Both the position numbers and the translations under genes were made by a program. Below, one piece after another: positions 9,629 to 20,187 of a stretch of DNA of 64,000 bases. The first letter of the stretch is position 1. The number at the start of each line of letters is the position of its first letter. Source of the stretch: an uncultured Planctomycetia bacterium. GTDB lineage: Bacteria > Omnitrophota > Gorgyraeia > 2-01-FULL-45-10. Where the stretch lies: positions 18,240-82,239 of the forward strand of contig CAYGRZ010000002.1 of the NCBI GenBank assembly GCA_964352425.1, read 5' to 3'. The notes under the pieces were generated by a model. It was not told the origin of the DNA, did no database searches, and saw only the letters and a program-made list of their open reading frames with translations.

Positions 9629-11179
9629 GTGAAGAAGCTCGTCGTTGTGCGGCGCATTTCGCAGGGGCTCTTTCTGGCGCTCTTCATCCATATCCTGTGG
9701 TCAACCACGTATCCGCTCACAGGGTTCTTTCCGCCGTCCACGTTCTTTGTCACGGATCCTCTCCTCATCATCATGACGAGCGTTGCCGAGCGCATCGTTT
9801 TGCCGGGGCTCGTTTTTGCGCTGGGAATGACCGGCCTTGCGCTGGTCCTCGGCAGGGTCTTCTGCGGGTGGGCCTGCCCGCTGGGGACATCGATCGATAT
9901 CGCGGGCGCTTGTCGCCGCCGGCGGCCCGGAACGGAGCCGACCGATATGCAAAATAGGGCGGTCCGGCGGATAAAATTTATCCTGCTCGCCTTGATAACC
10001 GCCGCTGCTTTCGCCGGAAAGCAGGTGGCCTGGATATTCGATCCGATCGTGCTCGCCGCGCGGTTCGTCTCGCTGAACCTCATACCGGCGGCCACCGCGG
10101 CGATAAAAGCTGTTTTCGTGATCGGCCTACGCGACCTCAAGCTCGGCGGGAGCGTGCGCGACTTTTACCACGCGCTGAAACCGACCGTCCTCGGCGTGAA
10201 GACGATGTACTTTCCGCATGCGGGCCTCATCCTGGCGTATTTTCTCGTCGTGGTGCTCGCCTCGCTCTTTATTAGCCGCCTCTGGTGCCGCGGCCTGTGC
10301 CCACTCGGCGCGTTCTACTCACTTGTCGGGCGCTGTGCGCCGCTCCACCGGACGGTGGATGTATGCACGCAGTGCGGCAGGTGCAGGGCTGCCTGCCGCA
10401 CCGGCGCGATTCGGGATGACCTGACCTACGCGAAGGGCGAATGCGTGCTGTGCATGGACTGCGTGTATGCGTGCCCTCCGCACGGGACCCGGTTCACGTT
10501 CGAGCGGACGGCATCTCGGGCAGTGCGGGCCCCGCAGGTCAGGCCGTCAAAAGACTCAGGCGGCGGCGTTACGCGCACACAATTCCTGATGCTTATGTTC
10601 TCCTCGCTTGCCCTTCTCGGCTTTAAGCGCAGGCAGCTCGAGCCCGTCACCGACAGCGGCAGCGCCGGTAGCACGGTCATACGGCCGCCCGCGGCGCTCG
10701 AAGAAAAAGATTTCATCGGCCGGTGCGTGCGGTGCGGCAACTGCATGAAGGTCTGCATTACTAACGGCCTCCAGCCGGCGATGTTCGAAGCGGGATACGA
10801 CGGGATCTGGACGCCGCGCCTGGTCCCCGAGATAGGGTACTGCGAGTACCGCTGCACGCTCTGCGGCACTACCTGCCCGACAGGAGCGATACCGAAGATC
10901 ACCCTTGAGCAGAAGATGCTGACCCCCCTCGGCGTGGCCGAGGTCGACCGTAGCTTGTGCATACCGTGGGCGGAGGGCAAGGAATGCATCGTCTGCCAGG
11001 AGCACTGCCCGGTCCCGGAGAAGGCGATCATGCTGGACCGCGAGGGCGGCGGCGTGCAGAAGCCGCGCGTTTCGGAAGAGCTCTGCGTGGGCTGCGGCAT
11101 CTGCCAGTATAAATGTCCGATACGGCCGGCGCGCGCGATACGGGTTGTGCCCAGGAACAGCTACAGAACAAAAATATAA
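9629..11179 (+). CDS. Membrane polyferredoxin (NapH-like N-terminus, NapG/MauM-like C-terminus)
   Basis: GRVFCGWACPLG, WCRGLCPLG, several CxxCxxCxxxCP motifs, IRPPAAL. Confidence 0.9.
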   Translation: MKKLVVVRRISQGLFLALFIHILWSTTYPLTGFFPPSTFFVTDPLLIIMTSVAERIVLPGLVFALGMTGLALVLGRVFCGWACPLGTSIDIAGACRRRRPGTEPTDMQNRAVRRIKFILLALITAAAFAGKQVAWIFDPIVLAARFVSLNLIPAATAAIKAVFVIGLRDLKLGGSVRDFYHALKPTVLGVKTMYFPHAGLILAYFLVVVLASLFISRLWCRGLCPLGAFYSLVGRCAPLHRTVDVCTQCGRCRAACRTGAIRDDLTYAKGECVLCMDCVYACPPHGTRFTFERTASRAVRAPQVRPSKDSGGGVTRTQFLMLMFSSLALLGFKRRQLEPVTDSGSAGSTVIRPPAALEEKDFIGRCVRCGNCMKVCITNGLQPAMFEAGYDGIWTPRLVPEIGYCEYRCTLCGTTCPTGAIPKITLEQKMLTPLGVAEVDRSLCIPWAEGKECIVCQEHCPVPEKAIMLDREGGGVQKPRVSEELCVGCGICQYKCPIRPARAIRVVPRNSYRTKI

Positions 11180-11241
11180 TCTTCCTCTTGCTTTTTTTGA
11201 TTGGTAATGTATAATATACAGATAAAGAAGGAGGTCGTAGT

Positions 11242-11547
11242 ATGAAGAAAATGGTTGTGTTAGCGGTTGTGGTGGCGTTCGCCCTCAGCGCAATGCCCCT
11301 CTTTGCCGCAGAGAGCACTTGCGCGAAGTGCGGACAGAGCGTAGCGTGCGAGAAATGCCCGAGGAGCCCGTTCCAGGCTATAGCGGATACCGTAAATTGC
11401 ATGAAACCGCCCCCGCGCGGCTGCGGACAGGTGCCGAAGCTGATCCCGGTCCCGTGCAAAGACGTATCGATCTTCAATGATACGGCCTGCGCGTTGCAGA
11501 AAACCGGCAAGTGCGGCTGCCCGGCTTGCAAGAGTAACTGCAAATAG
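11242..11547 (+). CDS. Small secreted cysteine-rich protein
   Basis: AAGGAGGT RBS, own promoter and terminator, Sec signal, 11 Cys in about 80 mature residues. Confidence 0.8.
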   Translation: MKKMVVLAVVVAFALSAMPLFAAESTCAKCGQSVACEKCPRSPFQAIADTVNCMKPPPRGCGQVPKLIPVPCKDVSIFNDTACALQKTGKCGCPACKSNCK

Positions 11548-11569
11548 TCATCATAAGTTCTTAGTTGTT

Positions 11570-11608
11570 TAAAGACACTACCGGTCTTTGCGGCCGGTGG
11601 TGTCTTTA
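11570..11608 (+). terminator. Terminator-like hairpin
   Basis: TAAAGACACTACCGGTC/GGCCGGTGGTGTCTTTA. Confidence 0.7.
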
Positions 11609-11698
11609 TGCTTTAAGGGGTTCTACGCCTGGCGACTTTACCCTTGTCGCTGCACCCGCCTTCTGATATAATTGTTCCAAAATAATCATAAGGAAGCG

Positions 11699-12694
11699 AT
11701 GTCCGAACTCCGCTATAATCTCTTAACCCGCGATTGGGTCATCATCGCCAGCGAACGCGCCAAACGGCCCAGCGACTTCAGGAAGCCGAAGGCCGAAAAA
11801 GCGCCGCTCCCCAAATTCAGGAAAGACTGCCCGTTCTGCCCCGGTAATGAAGGTGATCGCAGCGACGAGACGTTCCGCCTCGGTGACACAACCGCCTGGC
11901 GCACGCGCGTCATGTACAATAAATTCCCGGCTCTGGTGCCCACTGTCAAAAAGGAACGCGAAACAAGCCGGTCCTACAAGCGCATCAGCGGTTTCGGCGT
12001 CCACGAAGTCATCGTCGAGCATCCCGACCACAATACCTGCATTCCCCTCATGAAGGAGAGCGCGGTCGAGGACATCATCCGCACGTACCGCAGCCGGTAT
12101 GTCGACATCCAGAAGATAGACGGCATAGAAGCGATCACGATCTTCAAGAACCACGGCGTGGCCGCGGGGACATCGCAGGAGCACCCCCATTCCCAGCTCG
12201 TCGCCACACCCGTCGTCCCGCACCACATACGGAACATCCTCGAGAACACCCTTGCGTGCTACGACGTGACGGGGCAGTGCATGCTCTGCCAGATGCTCGA
12301 GGAAGAGCTTGCCGGAAAGAAGAGGATCGTCCTCGAGACGGAGCATTTCGTGTCGTTCCTGCCGTACGCGGGCGCCGCACCGCTGGCCATGTCGATCTAC
12401 CCGCGCCGCCACGCCGCCGCCTTTGACGACATCACCGACGCGGAGATACGGGACCTCGCCGCAAACCTCAAGGCGACGCTCGCCAAGCTCTACATCGGCC
12501 TTGACGATCCCGATTACAACTTCACGGTCCGCTCGGCGCCTGTGCGCGAGAAATGGCGCGAATCGTTCCACTGGTATCTATCCATCATCCCGCGGCTTAC
12601 CAACCCGGCGGGGTTCGAGCTCGGCTCTGGCATGTTCATCAACGCGTCGATCCCGGAGGAGAGCGCGGAGTTCCTGCGGCAGGTCAAGATATGA
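11699..12694 (+). CDS. galT: Galactose-1-phosphate uridylyltransferase family
   Basis: ELRYN..WVIIASERAKRP, CPFCPGNE, NKFPAL, HPHSQ active site, AGFELGSG. Confidence 0.9.
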   Translation: MSELRYNLLTRDWVIIASERAKRPSDFRKPKAEKAPLPKFRKDCPFCPGNEGDRSDETFRLGDTTAWRTRVMYNKFPALVPTVKKERETSRSYKRISGFGVHEVIVEHPDHNTCIPLMKESAVEDIIRTYRSRYVDIQKIDGIEAITIFKNHGVAAGTSQEHPHSQLVATPVVPHHIRNILENTLACYDVTGQCMLCQMLEEELAGKKRIVLETEHFVSFLPYAGAAPLAMSIYPRRHAAAFDDITDAEIRDLAANLKATLAKLYIGLDDPDYNFTVRSAPVREKWRESFHWYLSIIPRLTNPAGFELGSGMFINASIPEESAEFLRQVKI

Positions 12695-14082
12695 ATACAT
12701 CCGGATCCGCTGCTATAGGCATCATTCTTTTCGCGGTTCTCGCTAACCCTTTCTGCGCGACGTGCGGGGAGATCGGCGAATACGGCGTGGTCGGCCAGGC
12801 CAATGAGGTCGGCGAAGCCGGCGGCAGGGTTCTCGCGATACAAGACGCGATAAGCGTCGCCTTCATAAATAATAAATCGATCCAGATACAGGAACAGGAG
12901 ATAGAGTATGCCAGGGCCGGTATCATGTACGCCAGGAGCAGTTTCCTGCCGCAGGTGAGCGCCGAGTACTCGTACACTTTTAACAGCTCCGTATTCTATT
13001 CTGATTCCTGGCCCGGCCACAGGACCGACACCAGGATATATTCCGGTTTTAAGAACGACAACGCCGCAGGCCTGTCGGCGCAGCAAATAGTGTATAACGG
13101 CGGCGCCAACATAGCGGAGCTCCAGCAGGCGAAGGTGCAGCTGAAGATCCAGAACGAGACGCTGCGCGCCACGAAACTCGACGTCGAGTTTGATGTCAAG
13201 AGGCTCTTCTACGGCCTCCTCCTGGCGTACGAAACGCTGCGGATAGCGGGGGACCTCGTCGACCAGGCCCAGGCTCATTATGACGAAACGAGCCTGATGT
13301 ACGGCCAGGGGACCGCCTCGAAATTCGACGTCCTGCAGTCGAAGACGCAGGTTGCGATCCTCATCCCGCAGCTCGTGAAGGCCCAGAACGCCATCGACCA
13401 GATAATGCCGGAATTCAAGAAGTCACTCGGCGCGAACATGAAGGATCCCATCCGGGTCAAGGGAGAGCTTGCGCACACCGAGATACCGATACAGGAAGAA
13501 GAATTCCTGCAGGAGGCATACAGGAACAACCCGCAGATGATACTGAAGTTGCTCGGGGTCGACCTGAACAAGTGGGCGATAGAGCTCGCGCGGGCCGGCT
13601 GGCTTCCCCAGGTGAACGCCAGCGGGAATTACATGTACCGGACCGACAACGTGAACGACATGGTCAATCCGCGCCACAATCTCTGGTCCGTCGGCATTAC
13701 GGCATCGGTCGCGGTCTTCGACGGGTTCGCCACAAAGGCGAAGGTAGACGAAGCGAAGGCGAAGTACGCGCAGGCCGGCCTGCGGAAAGAGGATATCATG
13801 GACCAGCTGGTAGTCGATATCAAGAGTGCCTGCGTCGGCCTGAAGCAGGCGAAGGCGATCATAGATTCGCAGAAGGACAGCATCGCGGAAGCGGAAGAGG
13901 CCCTGAGGCTTTCCAGGGTAAGATACGAAAACGGCGTCGGCATCAATCTCGATATCTTCGACGCCGAGGTGTCGCTTGCACAGATCCAGCAGAATCTGGC
14001 GCAAGGCGTATATGACTATATAATGGCAAAGGCCCAACTGGACAAGACGGTCGGGCGGCAGTTTTCCGAAAGGGGTAATTAA
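12691..14082 (+). CDS. TolC-family outer membrane efflux protein
   Basis: Two OEP repeats (FLPQVS / WLPQVN, YGQGTASKFDVLQ / YENGVGINLDIFDAE). Confidence 0.9.
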   Translation: MNTSGSAAIGIILFAVLANPFCATCGEIGEYGVVGQANEVGEAGGRVLAIQDAISVAFINNKSIQIQEQEIEYARAGIMYARSSFLPQVSAEYSYTFNSSVFYSDSWPGHRTDTRIYSGFKNDNAAGLSAQQIVYNGGANIAELQQAKVQLKIQNETLRATKLDVEFDVKRLFYGLLLAYETLRIAGDLVDQAQAHYDETSLMYGQGTASKFDVLQSKTQVAILIPQLVKAQNAIDQIMPEFKKSLGANMKDPIRVKGELAHTEIPIQEEEFLQEAYRNNPQMILKLLGVDLNKWAIELARAGWLPQVNASGNYMYRTDNVNDMVNPRHNLWSVGITASVAVFDGFATKAKVDEAKAKYAQAGLRKEDIMDQLVVDIKSACVGLKQAKAIIDSQKDSIAEAEEALRLSRVRYENGVGINLDIFDAEVSLAQIQQNLAQGVYDYIMAKAQLDKTVGRQFSERGN

Positions 14083-14972
14083 TGGCATTAAATGTAAAAG
14101 AAGCGTTGAAAGATAAAAGCCCGGAGGCGGTCAAGAAGCGCAGGAAAAGAGCGCTCGGCGTGCTTCTCCTGGCCGTCATCGTGATAACTGCCGCGTCATT
14201 CGGCATGGCGACGTTCAGGAAAATAGAGGCCGGCAGAGTCATCAAGGTCTCAGGCAACATCGAGGGTAACGAAGTGCGCATCTCGTTCAGGGTCGCCGGG
14301 CAGATCACGGAGCTCCAGGCCGATGAAGGTTCGGTACTGAAGGTCGGAGACATCGTAGCCAATCTCGACAAGTCTCCGCTTATCAAACAGAGGGATGAGG
14401 CCGCGGCCGCGCTGAGGCTCGCCAGGTCCCAATACGAGCTCGACCAGCTCGACTACGTGCGCGCCGAGAACCTCTTCAGGGAAGGTGCCATCTCCGCCCA
14501 GCAGCGCGACGCGGCTAAGACGAAGGCGGATAATGACAGCGCCGATATTGAGCGGCTCATGGCAGCGTTGGAGCTGGCGGAACTGAACCTCGCCTGGGCG
14601 GACCTATCCTCGCCGCTGAACGGCTACATAACGGTCAAGAGCGCGCTTGCCGGCGAAAACGTGCAGGTGGGCGCGCCGGTCTTCACGGCGATAGACTTAA
14701 ACGACGTCTGGGTGAGCGCTTATGTCGACGAGAGGGACCTCGGCCGCGTGAAGCTGAACCAGAAAGCGGAGGTGAAGATAGACGGTTTCCCGTTCAAGAA
14801 ATATAAGGGCCGGATATCCTTCATATCGCAGCAGACGGAATTTACCCCGAAATATATCCAGACGACCAAGGAGAGGGTAAAGTACGTGTACCGTATAAAG
14901 GTGAAGTGCGACAACTCGAGCCTTGATCTGAAGCCGGGGATGCCCGCCGACGCGTATATCATGCTCGAGTAA
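14082..14972 (+). CDS. HlyD-family periplasmic adaptor (YbhG-like)
   Basis: SGNIEG, lipoyl-like halves, EFTPKYIQT, LKPGMPAD. Confidence 0.92.
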   Translation: MALNVKEALKDKSPEAVKKRRKRALGVLLLAVIVITAASFGMATFRKIEAGRVIKVSGNIEGNEVRISFRVAGQITELQADEGSVLKVGDIVANLDKSPLIKQRDEAAAALRLARSQYELDQLDYVRAENLFREGAISAQQRDAAKTKADNDSADIERLMAALELAELNLAWADLSSPLNGYITVKSALAGENVQVGAPVFTAIDLNDVWVSAYVDERDLGRVKLNQKAEVKIDGFPFKKYKGRISFISQQTEFTPKYIQTTKERVKYVYRIKVKCDNSSLDLKPGMPADAYIMLE

Positions 14973-14973
14973 T

Positions 14974-15720
14974 ATGTCCGTCATAAAAGCGGTCAATCTC
15001 ACCCGGAAGTTCAGCAATCTCACCGCAGTCAATGAGCTTAACCTCGACATCCCCGAAGGCGAGATCTTCGGCCTCGTCGGGCCCGACGGCGCCGGCAAGA
15101 CGACGACGATGCGCCTTCTCACCGGCATCCTCGATCCCACATCAGGCGAAGGCTGGGTCTACGGTAAACATATCGTCAAAGACGCCGAGGTCCTGAAAGA
15201 CAATATCGCCTACATGTCCCAGCGGTTCGGCCTTTACGAAGACCTGACCGTCATGGAGAACGTCAATTTCTACGCCGATCTCTTCGGCGTATCAGGGCCG
15301 GAGCGGCCGAAAAAAATAGAAGAGCTCCTGGGTTTCAGCAACCTGACGCCGTTCAAGGAGAGATTGGCCGGCAAGCTCTCCGGCGGCATGAAACAGAAAC
15401 TCGGCCTTGCCTGCGCGCTCATACACACGCCGCGCGTCCTCTTCCTGGACGAGCCGACGAATGGCGTCGACCCCGTCTCGAGGCGCGACTTCTGGCGCAT
15501 CCTTCACCAGCTCCTTAAAGAAAAAGTGACTATACTCTATTCGACTTCGTACCTCGACGAGGCCGAGCGGTGCAAAAGGGTGGGGCTCCTCCATAAGGGA
15601 CAGCTCCTCAGGTGCGATACGCCCGATGCAATAAAGAAAGAGAAGAACGCCAGGTCGCTCGAGGAGGCGTTCATAGCGATCGTCAACGAATATGAGTCCG
15701 AGCATGGATCAAAAACCTGA
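14974..15720 (+). CDS. ABC transporter ATP-binding protein
   Basis: GPDGAGKTT, LSGGMKQ, LDEPT. Confidence 0.95.
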   Translation: MSVIKAVNLTRKFSNLTAVNELNLDIPEGEIFGLVGPDGAGKTTTMRLLTGILDPTSGEGWVYGKHIVKDAEVLKDNIAYMSQRFGLYEDLTVMENVNFYADLFGVSGPERPKKIEELLGFSNLTPFKERLAGKLSGGMKQKLGLACALIHTPRVLFLDEPTNGVDPVSRRDFWRILHQLLKEKVTILYSTSYLDEAERCKRVGLLHKGQLLRCDTPDAIKKEKNARSLEEAFIAIVNEYESEHGSKT

Positions 15721-16660
15721 AGTTGCGGTCAGCGTCGATAAGCTGGAGAAGCGGTTCGGCAGTTTCACCGCCGTCAACAAGATAAGCTTCGATGTCAAGC
15801 GCGGTGAGATCTTCGGCTTTCTCGGCCCGAACGGCGCCGGAAAATCGACGACCATCAGAATGCTCTGCGGCATACTCACGCCGACCTCCGGGGCGGGCAC
15901 GGTCAGCGGGTTCGACATCATGCGCCAGCAGGAAGAGATCAAGCAGCACATAGGATACATGTCCCAGAAGTTCTCGCTCTACGATGACCTCACCGTCGAA
16001 GAGAACGTCGATTTCTACAGCGGCATCTACAAGGTCCCGAGGCCTGAGCGCGAAAAGCGCAAGGCTGATATCATCAGGATGGCCGGTATCACCGAGTTTA
16101 AGCAGAATCTCACCAGGACGCTCTCCGGCGGCTGGAAACAGCGCCTGGCTCTTGGGTGCGCCATCATACACCAGCCGGGTATAATATTCCTCGATGAGCC
16201 GACGTCAGGCGTCGACCCTATTACGCGCGCGAACTTCTGGGCGATCATCAAGGACATGGCAAGCCGCGGCATCACCGTCTTCGTCACGACCCATTACATG
16301 GACGAGGCCGAGAACTGCAACCGCATGACGCTCATCTACAAGGGCACCATGATCGCCATCGGCACGCCGCAGGAGATGAAGACCAGGGTCATGAAAGACG
16401 AGGTGCTGGAGATTATCATGCCGTCGGCGGAGGACTGGGTTGACAGGGTGGCGAAGGCCAGGGGCGTCAAGGAAGCCGCCCTCTTCAGCACGAAGCTCCA
16501 CGCGGTGGCCGAAGACTCAATGGTCGCGATACCGGCGCTGAAAGAGATGTTCGATGCAGCAGGGGTAACGGGGTATGATATACGGAAGATCCTGCCGTCG
16601 CTCGAAGACGTCTTCGTCTCGTCGATAGAGAATTACGATAAGGAGCATCCGCAAAAGTGA
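15692..16660 (+). CDS. ABC transporter ATP-binding protein
   Basis: GPNGAGKST, LSGGWKQ, LDEPTSG, TTHYMDE. Confidence 0.95.
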   Translation: MSPSMDQKPEVAVSVDKLEKRFGSFTAVNKISFDVKRGEIFGFLGPNGAGKSTTIRMLCGILTPTSGAGTVSGFDIMRQQEEIKQHIGYMSQKFSLYDDLTVEENVDFYSGIYKVPRPEREKRKADIIRMAGITEFKQNLTRTLSGGWKQRLALGCAIIHQPGIIFLDEPTSGVDPITRANFWAIIKDMASRGITVFVTTHYMDEAENCNRMTLIYKGTMIAIGTPQEMKTRVMKDEVLEIIMPSAEDWVDRVAKARGVKEAALFSTKLHAVAEDSMVAIPALKEMFDAAGVTGYDIRKILPSLEDVFVSSIENYDKEHPQK

Positions 16661-17787
16661 ACCTCGTGCGCGTTAATGCGGTGGCGAAGAAAGAGTTCAT
16701 CCAGATATGGCGGGATCCGCGAAGCCTGAGCCTGGGGCTCGCCATCCCGATGATCCTTATCGTGCTCTTCGGCTATGCCCTCTCGCTCGATATCGACCAC
16801 GTGCCGATGGTCGTCTGGAACCAGGATAAATCAAAGGCGTCGGTCGATTTTCTGCTCAATTTCAAAAACTCACGATATTTCAGCATAAACGCGTACTATG
16901 ACAATTACCGGGACCTCGAGAGGGATATTAATTTCGGCCGTGCCATGATGGCGATGGTCATACCGAAGGATTTTTCGCGTTACCTCCACTCGAACCGGAA
17001 GGCCCCTGTCCAGCTTATCCTCGATGGCAGCGACTCCAATACCGCTACCGTCGCGCTCGGCTACGCGCAGTCGGTCGTCTATGGCTACAACGTGAAGATC
17101 ATCCAGACGGCGGTCCAGGCGGCGGGCGCGCCGCCGGTGAAAGGCGTGGACTTCCGGCCGCGTGTCTGGTTCAACCAGGACTTTGAATCGAAGAATTTCA
17201 TTGTGCCGGGACTCATCGCCATCATCATGATGATCATCGCCGCGCTCCTTACGTCACTTACGATCGCCAGGGAGTGGGAACGCGGCACGATGGAGCAGCT
17301 CATATCAACGCCGGTACGCTCCGCGGAACTCATTGTGGGCAAGTTCATCCCGTATTTTGTGATCGGGCTCATCGACCTCGTGATGTCTGTTCTCATGGGA
17401 AGGTTCGTCTTCGACGTCCCGCTGCGGGGGAATCTGGTCCTGCTCTTTATCACAAGCTCGCTCTTCCTGACGGGGGCGCTCGCCCTCGGGATCTACATCT
17501 CTACGGTCGCGAAAAACCAGCTCATGGCGAGCCAGATGGCGCTCCTGGTATCGTTCCTGCCGACGTTTTTACTCTCGGGCTTCACCTACGAGATATTCAA
17601 TATGCCGAAGGCCGTGCAGGCGTTCACGTATTTTATCCCGGCGCGCTATTTCATCACGATATTGCGGGGCATCTACCTGAAGGATGTCGGGCTGGGTGAC
17701 CTCTGGTTTGAGACGCTGTGCCTGATCATCTTCACGATCCTTGCCGCGGGAGCGGCGATCAGGAAGTTTAAGAAGAAGATAGCGTAA
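16657..17787 (+). CDS. ABC-2 permease (YbhS-like)
   Basis: KEFIQIWRDPRS, REWERGTMEQLISTP, multi-TM. Confidence 0.93.
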   Translation: MNLVRVNAVAKKEFIQIWRDPRSLSLGLAIPMILIVLFGYALSLDIDHVPMVVWNQDKSKASVDFLLNFKNSRYFSINAYYDNYRDLERDINFGRAMMAMVIPKDFSRYLHSNRKAPVQLILDGSDSNTATVALGYAQSVVYGYNVKIIQTAVQAAGAPPVKGVDFRPRVWFNQDFESKNFIVPGLIAIIMMIIAALLTSLTIAREWERGTMEQLISTPVRSAELIVGKFIPYFVIGLIDLVMSVLMGRFVFDVPLRGNLVLLFITSSLFLTGALALGIYISTVAKNQLMASQMALLVSFLPTFLLSGFTYEIFNMPKAVQAFTYFIPARYFITILRGIYLKDVGLGDLWFETLCLIIFTILAAGAAIRKFKKKIA

Positions 17788-17799
17788 GAAAGCGATACT

Positions 17800-18930
17800 A
17801 TGTTCGACAGGATACAGGCGCTTCTGGTAAAGGAATTTCTCCAGGTCTTCCGCGACCCGCGGATGAGGATGGTGATATTCATCTCGCCTCTGGTGCAGGT
17901 CCTCATCTTCGGGTACGCCGCGACGATGGACATCACGCACGCGCCGATCGCCGTCTATGACATGGACAACACCAAGCAGTCGCGCGAGATCATCCGCGAC
18001 TTCGATTACACCCCGTATTTTGACATTAAGCACTATGTCTACAACCGCGAGCAGGGCAACACCCTTATCGACGAGTCGAAGGTGCTGGGGCTTCTCAGGT
18101 TCAACCGGGGATTCGCAAAGGACCTCGTCGGGAACCGGTCCGCCGAAGTGCAGATGATCGTCGACGGCACAGATTCGAACGCCGCCTCCATCATATTGGG
18201 ATACGCGAACCAGATCATCATGAGTTATAACTATGACCTGCTGCTGGACCGCGCCGCCGCGCATCTGGCCAGGTACGAGATCAGCCCCCTTGTGGACCTG
18301 CGCGACAGGCGGTGGTTCAACGAGAACCTCGAGTCGCGCAACTACTACCTGCCGGGCGTCATCGTGCTGATCGTGACGATAATGTCGCTCCTCCTGTCGG
18401 CGATGGCGATCGTGCGGGAGAAGGAGATAGGCACGATGGAGCAGCTCATCGTCAGCCCCATACGGCCGGCGGAGCTCATCATCGGCAAGATCGTCCCGTT
18501 CGGCGTGATAGCGCTGGTGCAGGTCATGCTCATCACCACCGTCGGCGTGCTCTGGTTCGGCATCCCGCTCAGGGGGTCGATCCCGCTCCTCCTCATCTGC
18601 ACGATGCTCTATCTTGTGACGACGCTCGGCGCGGGGCTGTTTATCTCAACCATGTGCTCGACACAGCAGGAGGCGATGATGTCGGTCTTCCTCTTCAACT
18701 TCCCGATGACGCTGTTGTCGGGGTTCGCGTACCCGATCGCGAACATGCCGCAGGTCATCCAGTACCTTACGTATCTGAATCCCCAGCGGTATTACCTGAC
18801 GATCGTACGGTATATATTCCTCAAAGGCGTCGGCGTCGAGGTCCTCTGGGACGAGATGCTCGCCCTCCTCATCTTCGGCATCGTCGTCATCACGATGAGC
18901 TCGCTCCGCTTCCAGAAGCGCCTCGGCTGA
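17800..18930 (+). CDS. ABC-2 permease (YbhR-like)
   Basis: KEFLQVFRDPR, REKEIGTMEQLIVSP, multi-TM. Confidence 0.93.
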   Translation: MFDRIQALLVKEFLQVFRDPRMRMVIFISPLVQVLIFGYAATMDITHAPIAVYDMDNTKQSREIIRDFDYTPYFDIKHYVYNREQGNTLIDESKVLGLLRFNRGFAKDLVGNRSAEVQMIVDGTDSNAASIILGYANQIIMSYNYDLLLDRAAAHLARYEISPLVDLRDRRWFNENLESRNYYLPGVIVLIVTIMSLLLSAMAIVREKEIGTMEQLIVSPIRPAELIIGKIVPFGVIALVQVMLITTVGVLWFGIPLRGSIPLLLICTMLYLVTTLGAGLFISTMCSTQQEAMMSVFLFNFPMTLLSGFAYPIANMPQVIQYLTYLNPQRYYLTIVRYIFLKGVGVEVLWDEMLALLIFGIVVITMSSLRFQKRLG

Positions 18931-19023
18931 GGCCGGGCGGGGCCCTCTCCTGTTAACATCGTCCCTTGCAAAAGTTAGATTTTGTGCTACACTTGATTTA
19001 AATTTGAAAGGCATAGCCCGACG

Positions 19024-20187
19024 TTGATAGTTTCCAGGCGCCATAAAAAGCTGGCGCTCAAGACAAGGGTCATCAGAAAGATAGAAGAGGTGTCCCGCGA
19101 CGCCTGGTGCAGTGTATTTCCCGATGTCCTTGAGAGCTACGATTTCTTCAGGACCCTCGACGAATCCGGCCTCGAACAGTTCCCTCTGTATTATATCCTC
19201 GTCTGCGATCGTAAAACATTAGTCGGCGCGACGGCGTGTTTCCTGGTGAACTATTCGCTCGATACGAGCATCAGCGGCCCGCTACGGCGCCTCTCCAATT
19301 CGATAAAGAAGATCAATCCCAATATCTTCAGCCTGAAAGCGCTCGTCTGCGGCATGCCGATAGGGCAGGGGAGGATCGGCATCGCCCGTGACGGCGATAA
19401 GGTCCTGAAGGTCATCCTGCGGCGCATGGAACAGATCGCAAAGAAAGAAAAATGCGCTATTCTGGCCTTTAAGGACTTCCAGGACTCGTACGCCCTGCTC
19501 CTCGACCCTCTCCGGAAAGAAGGCTTCTCAAAGTTCGACAGCCTGCCGACGACCGAAATGAACGTCACGTTCAAGAGTTTTGAGGAATATCTCGGGACTT
19601 TGAGCGCGGCATCCAGGTACGACCTGCGCAGGAAGTTCAGGAGGGTGGACGGCCACGTCAAGCTCGACATGCGCATCACCGATACGCTCGACGACCATAC
19701 CCTTCGCGAGGTGTACAAGCTCTATCTCGATATCGTCGACATGCACGATATGGGATTCGAGCTCCTGCCCATGGCCTTCTTCAGAAATTTGTCGAAGAAC
19801 ATGCCCGACCGCGTCAGGTACTTCCTCTGGAGATCCGAAGGAAAGCTCGTCGCGTTCCTCCTGTGCCTGGTCTCGAAAGACATGCTCATAGATTATTACG
19901 TGGGGATGGACTATGCTGTCGCCCACAAATATCATCTTTACTTCCTGAAGTTCCGCGATGTCCTGAACTGGTGCATCAAGCACGGCATAAAGACATACGA
20001 GATGGGCATCACCGGGTACGAGCCGAAGAGAAGGCTGAACTTTCAGTTCATACCCCTCTATCTCTATGTCCGGCTGCGCAACAGGGCGCTCAGGCCCGTC
20101 TTTAATTTCATTTGCCAGTTCCTGAAGTTCGAGAACTTCGATCCGTCGCTCAAAGAAGCGAAAAAAGCCATGAAGGAGGCGAAATGA
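19024..20187 (+). CDS. GNAT/FemAB-like acyltransferase family protein
   Basis: SFEEYLGTLSAASRYDLRRK, YYVGMDY, EMGITGYEPKRRL; TTG start. Confidence 0.8.
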   Translation: MIVSRRHKKLALKTRVIRKIEEVSRDAWCSVFPDVLESYDFFRTLDESGLEQFPLYYILVCDRKTLVGATACFLVNYSLDTSISGPLRRLSNSIKKINPNIFSLKALVCGMPIGQGRIGIARDGDKVLKVILRRMEQIAKKEKCAILAFKDFQDSYALLLDPLRKEGFSKFDSLPTTEMNVTFKSFEEYLGTLSAASRYDLRRKFRRVDGHVKLDMRITDTLDDHTLREVYKLYLDIVDMHDMGFELLPMAFFRNLSKNMPDRVRYFLWRSEGKLVAFLLCLVSKDMLIDYYVGMDYAVAHKYHLYFLKFRDVLNWCIKHGIKTYEMGITGYEPKRRLNFQFIPLYLYVRLRNRALRPVFNFICQFLKFENFDPSLKEAKKAMKEAK

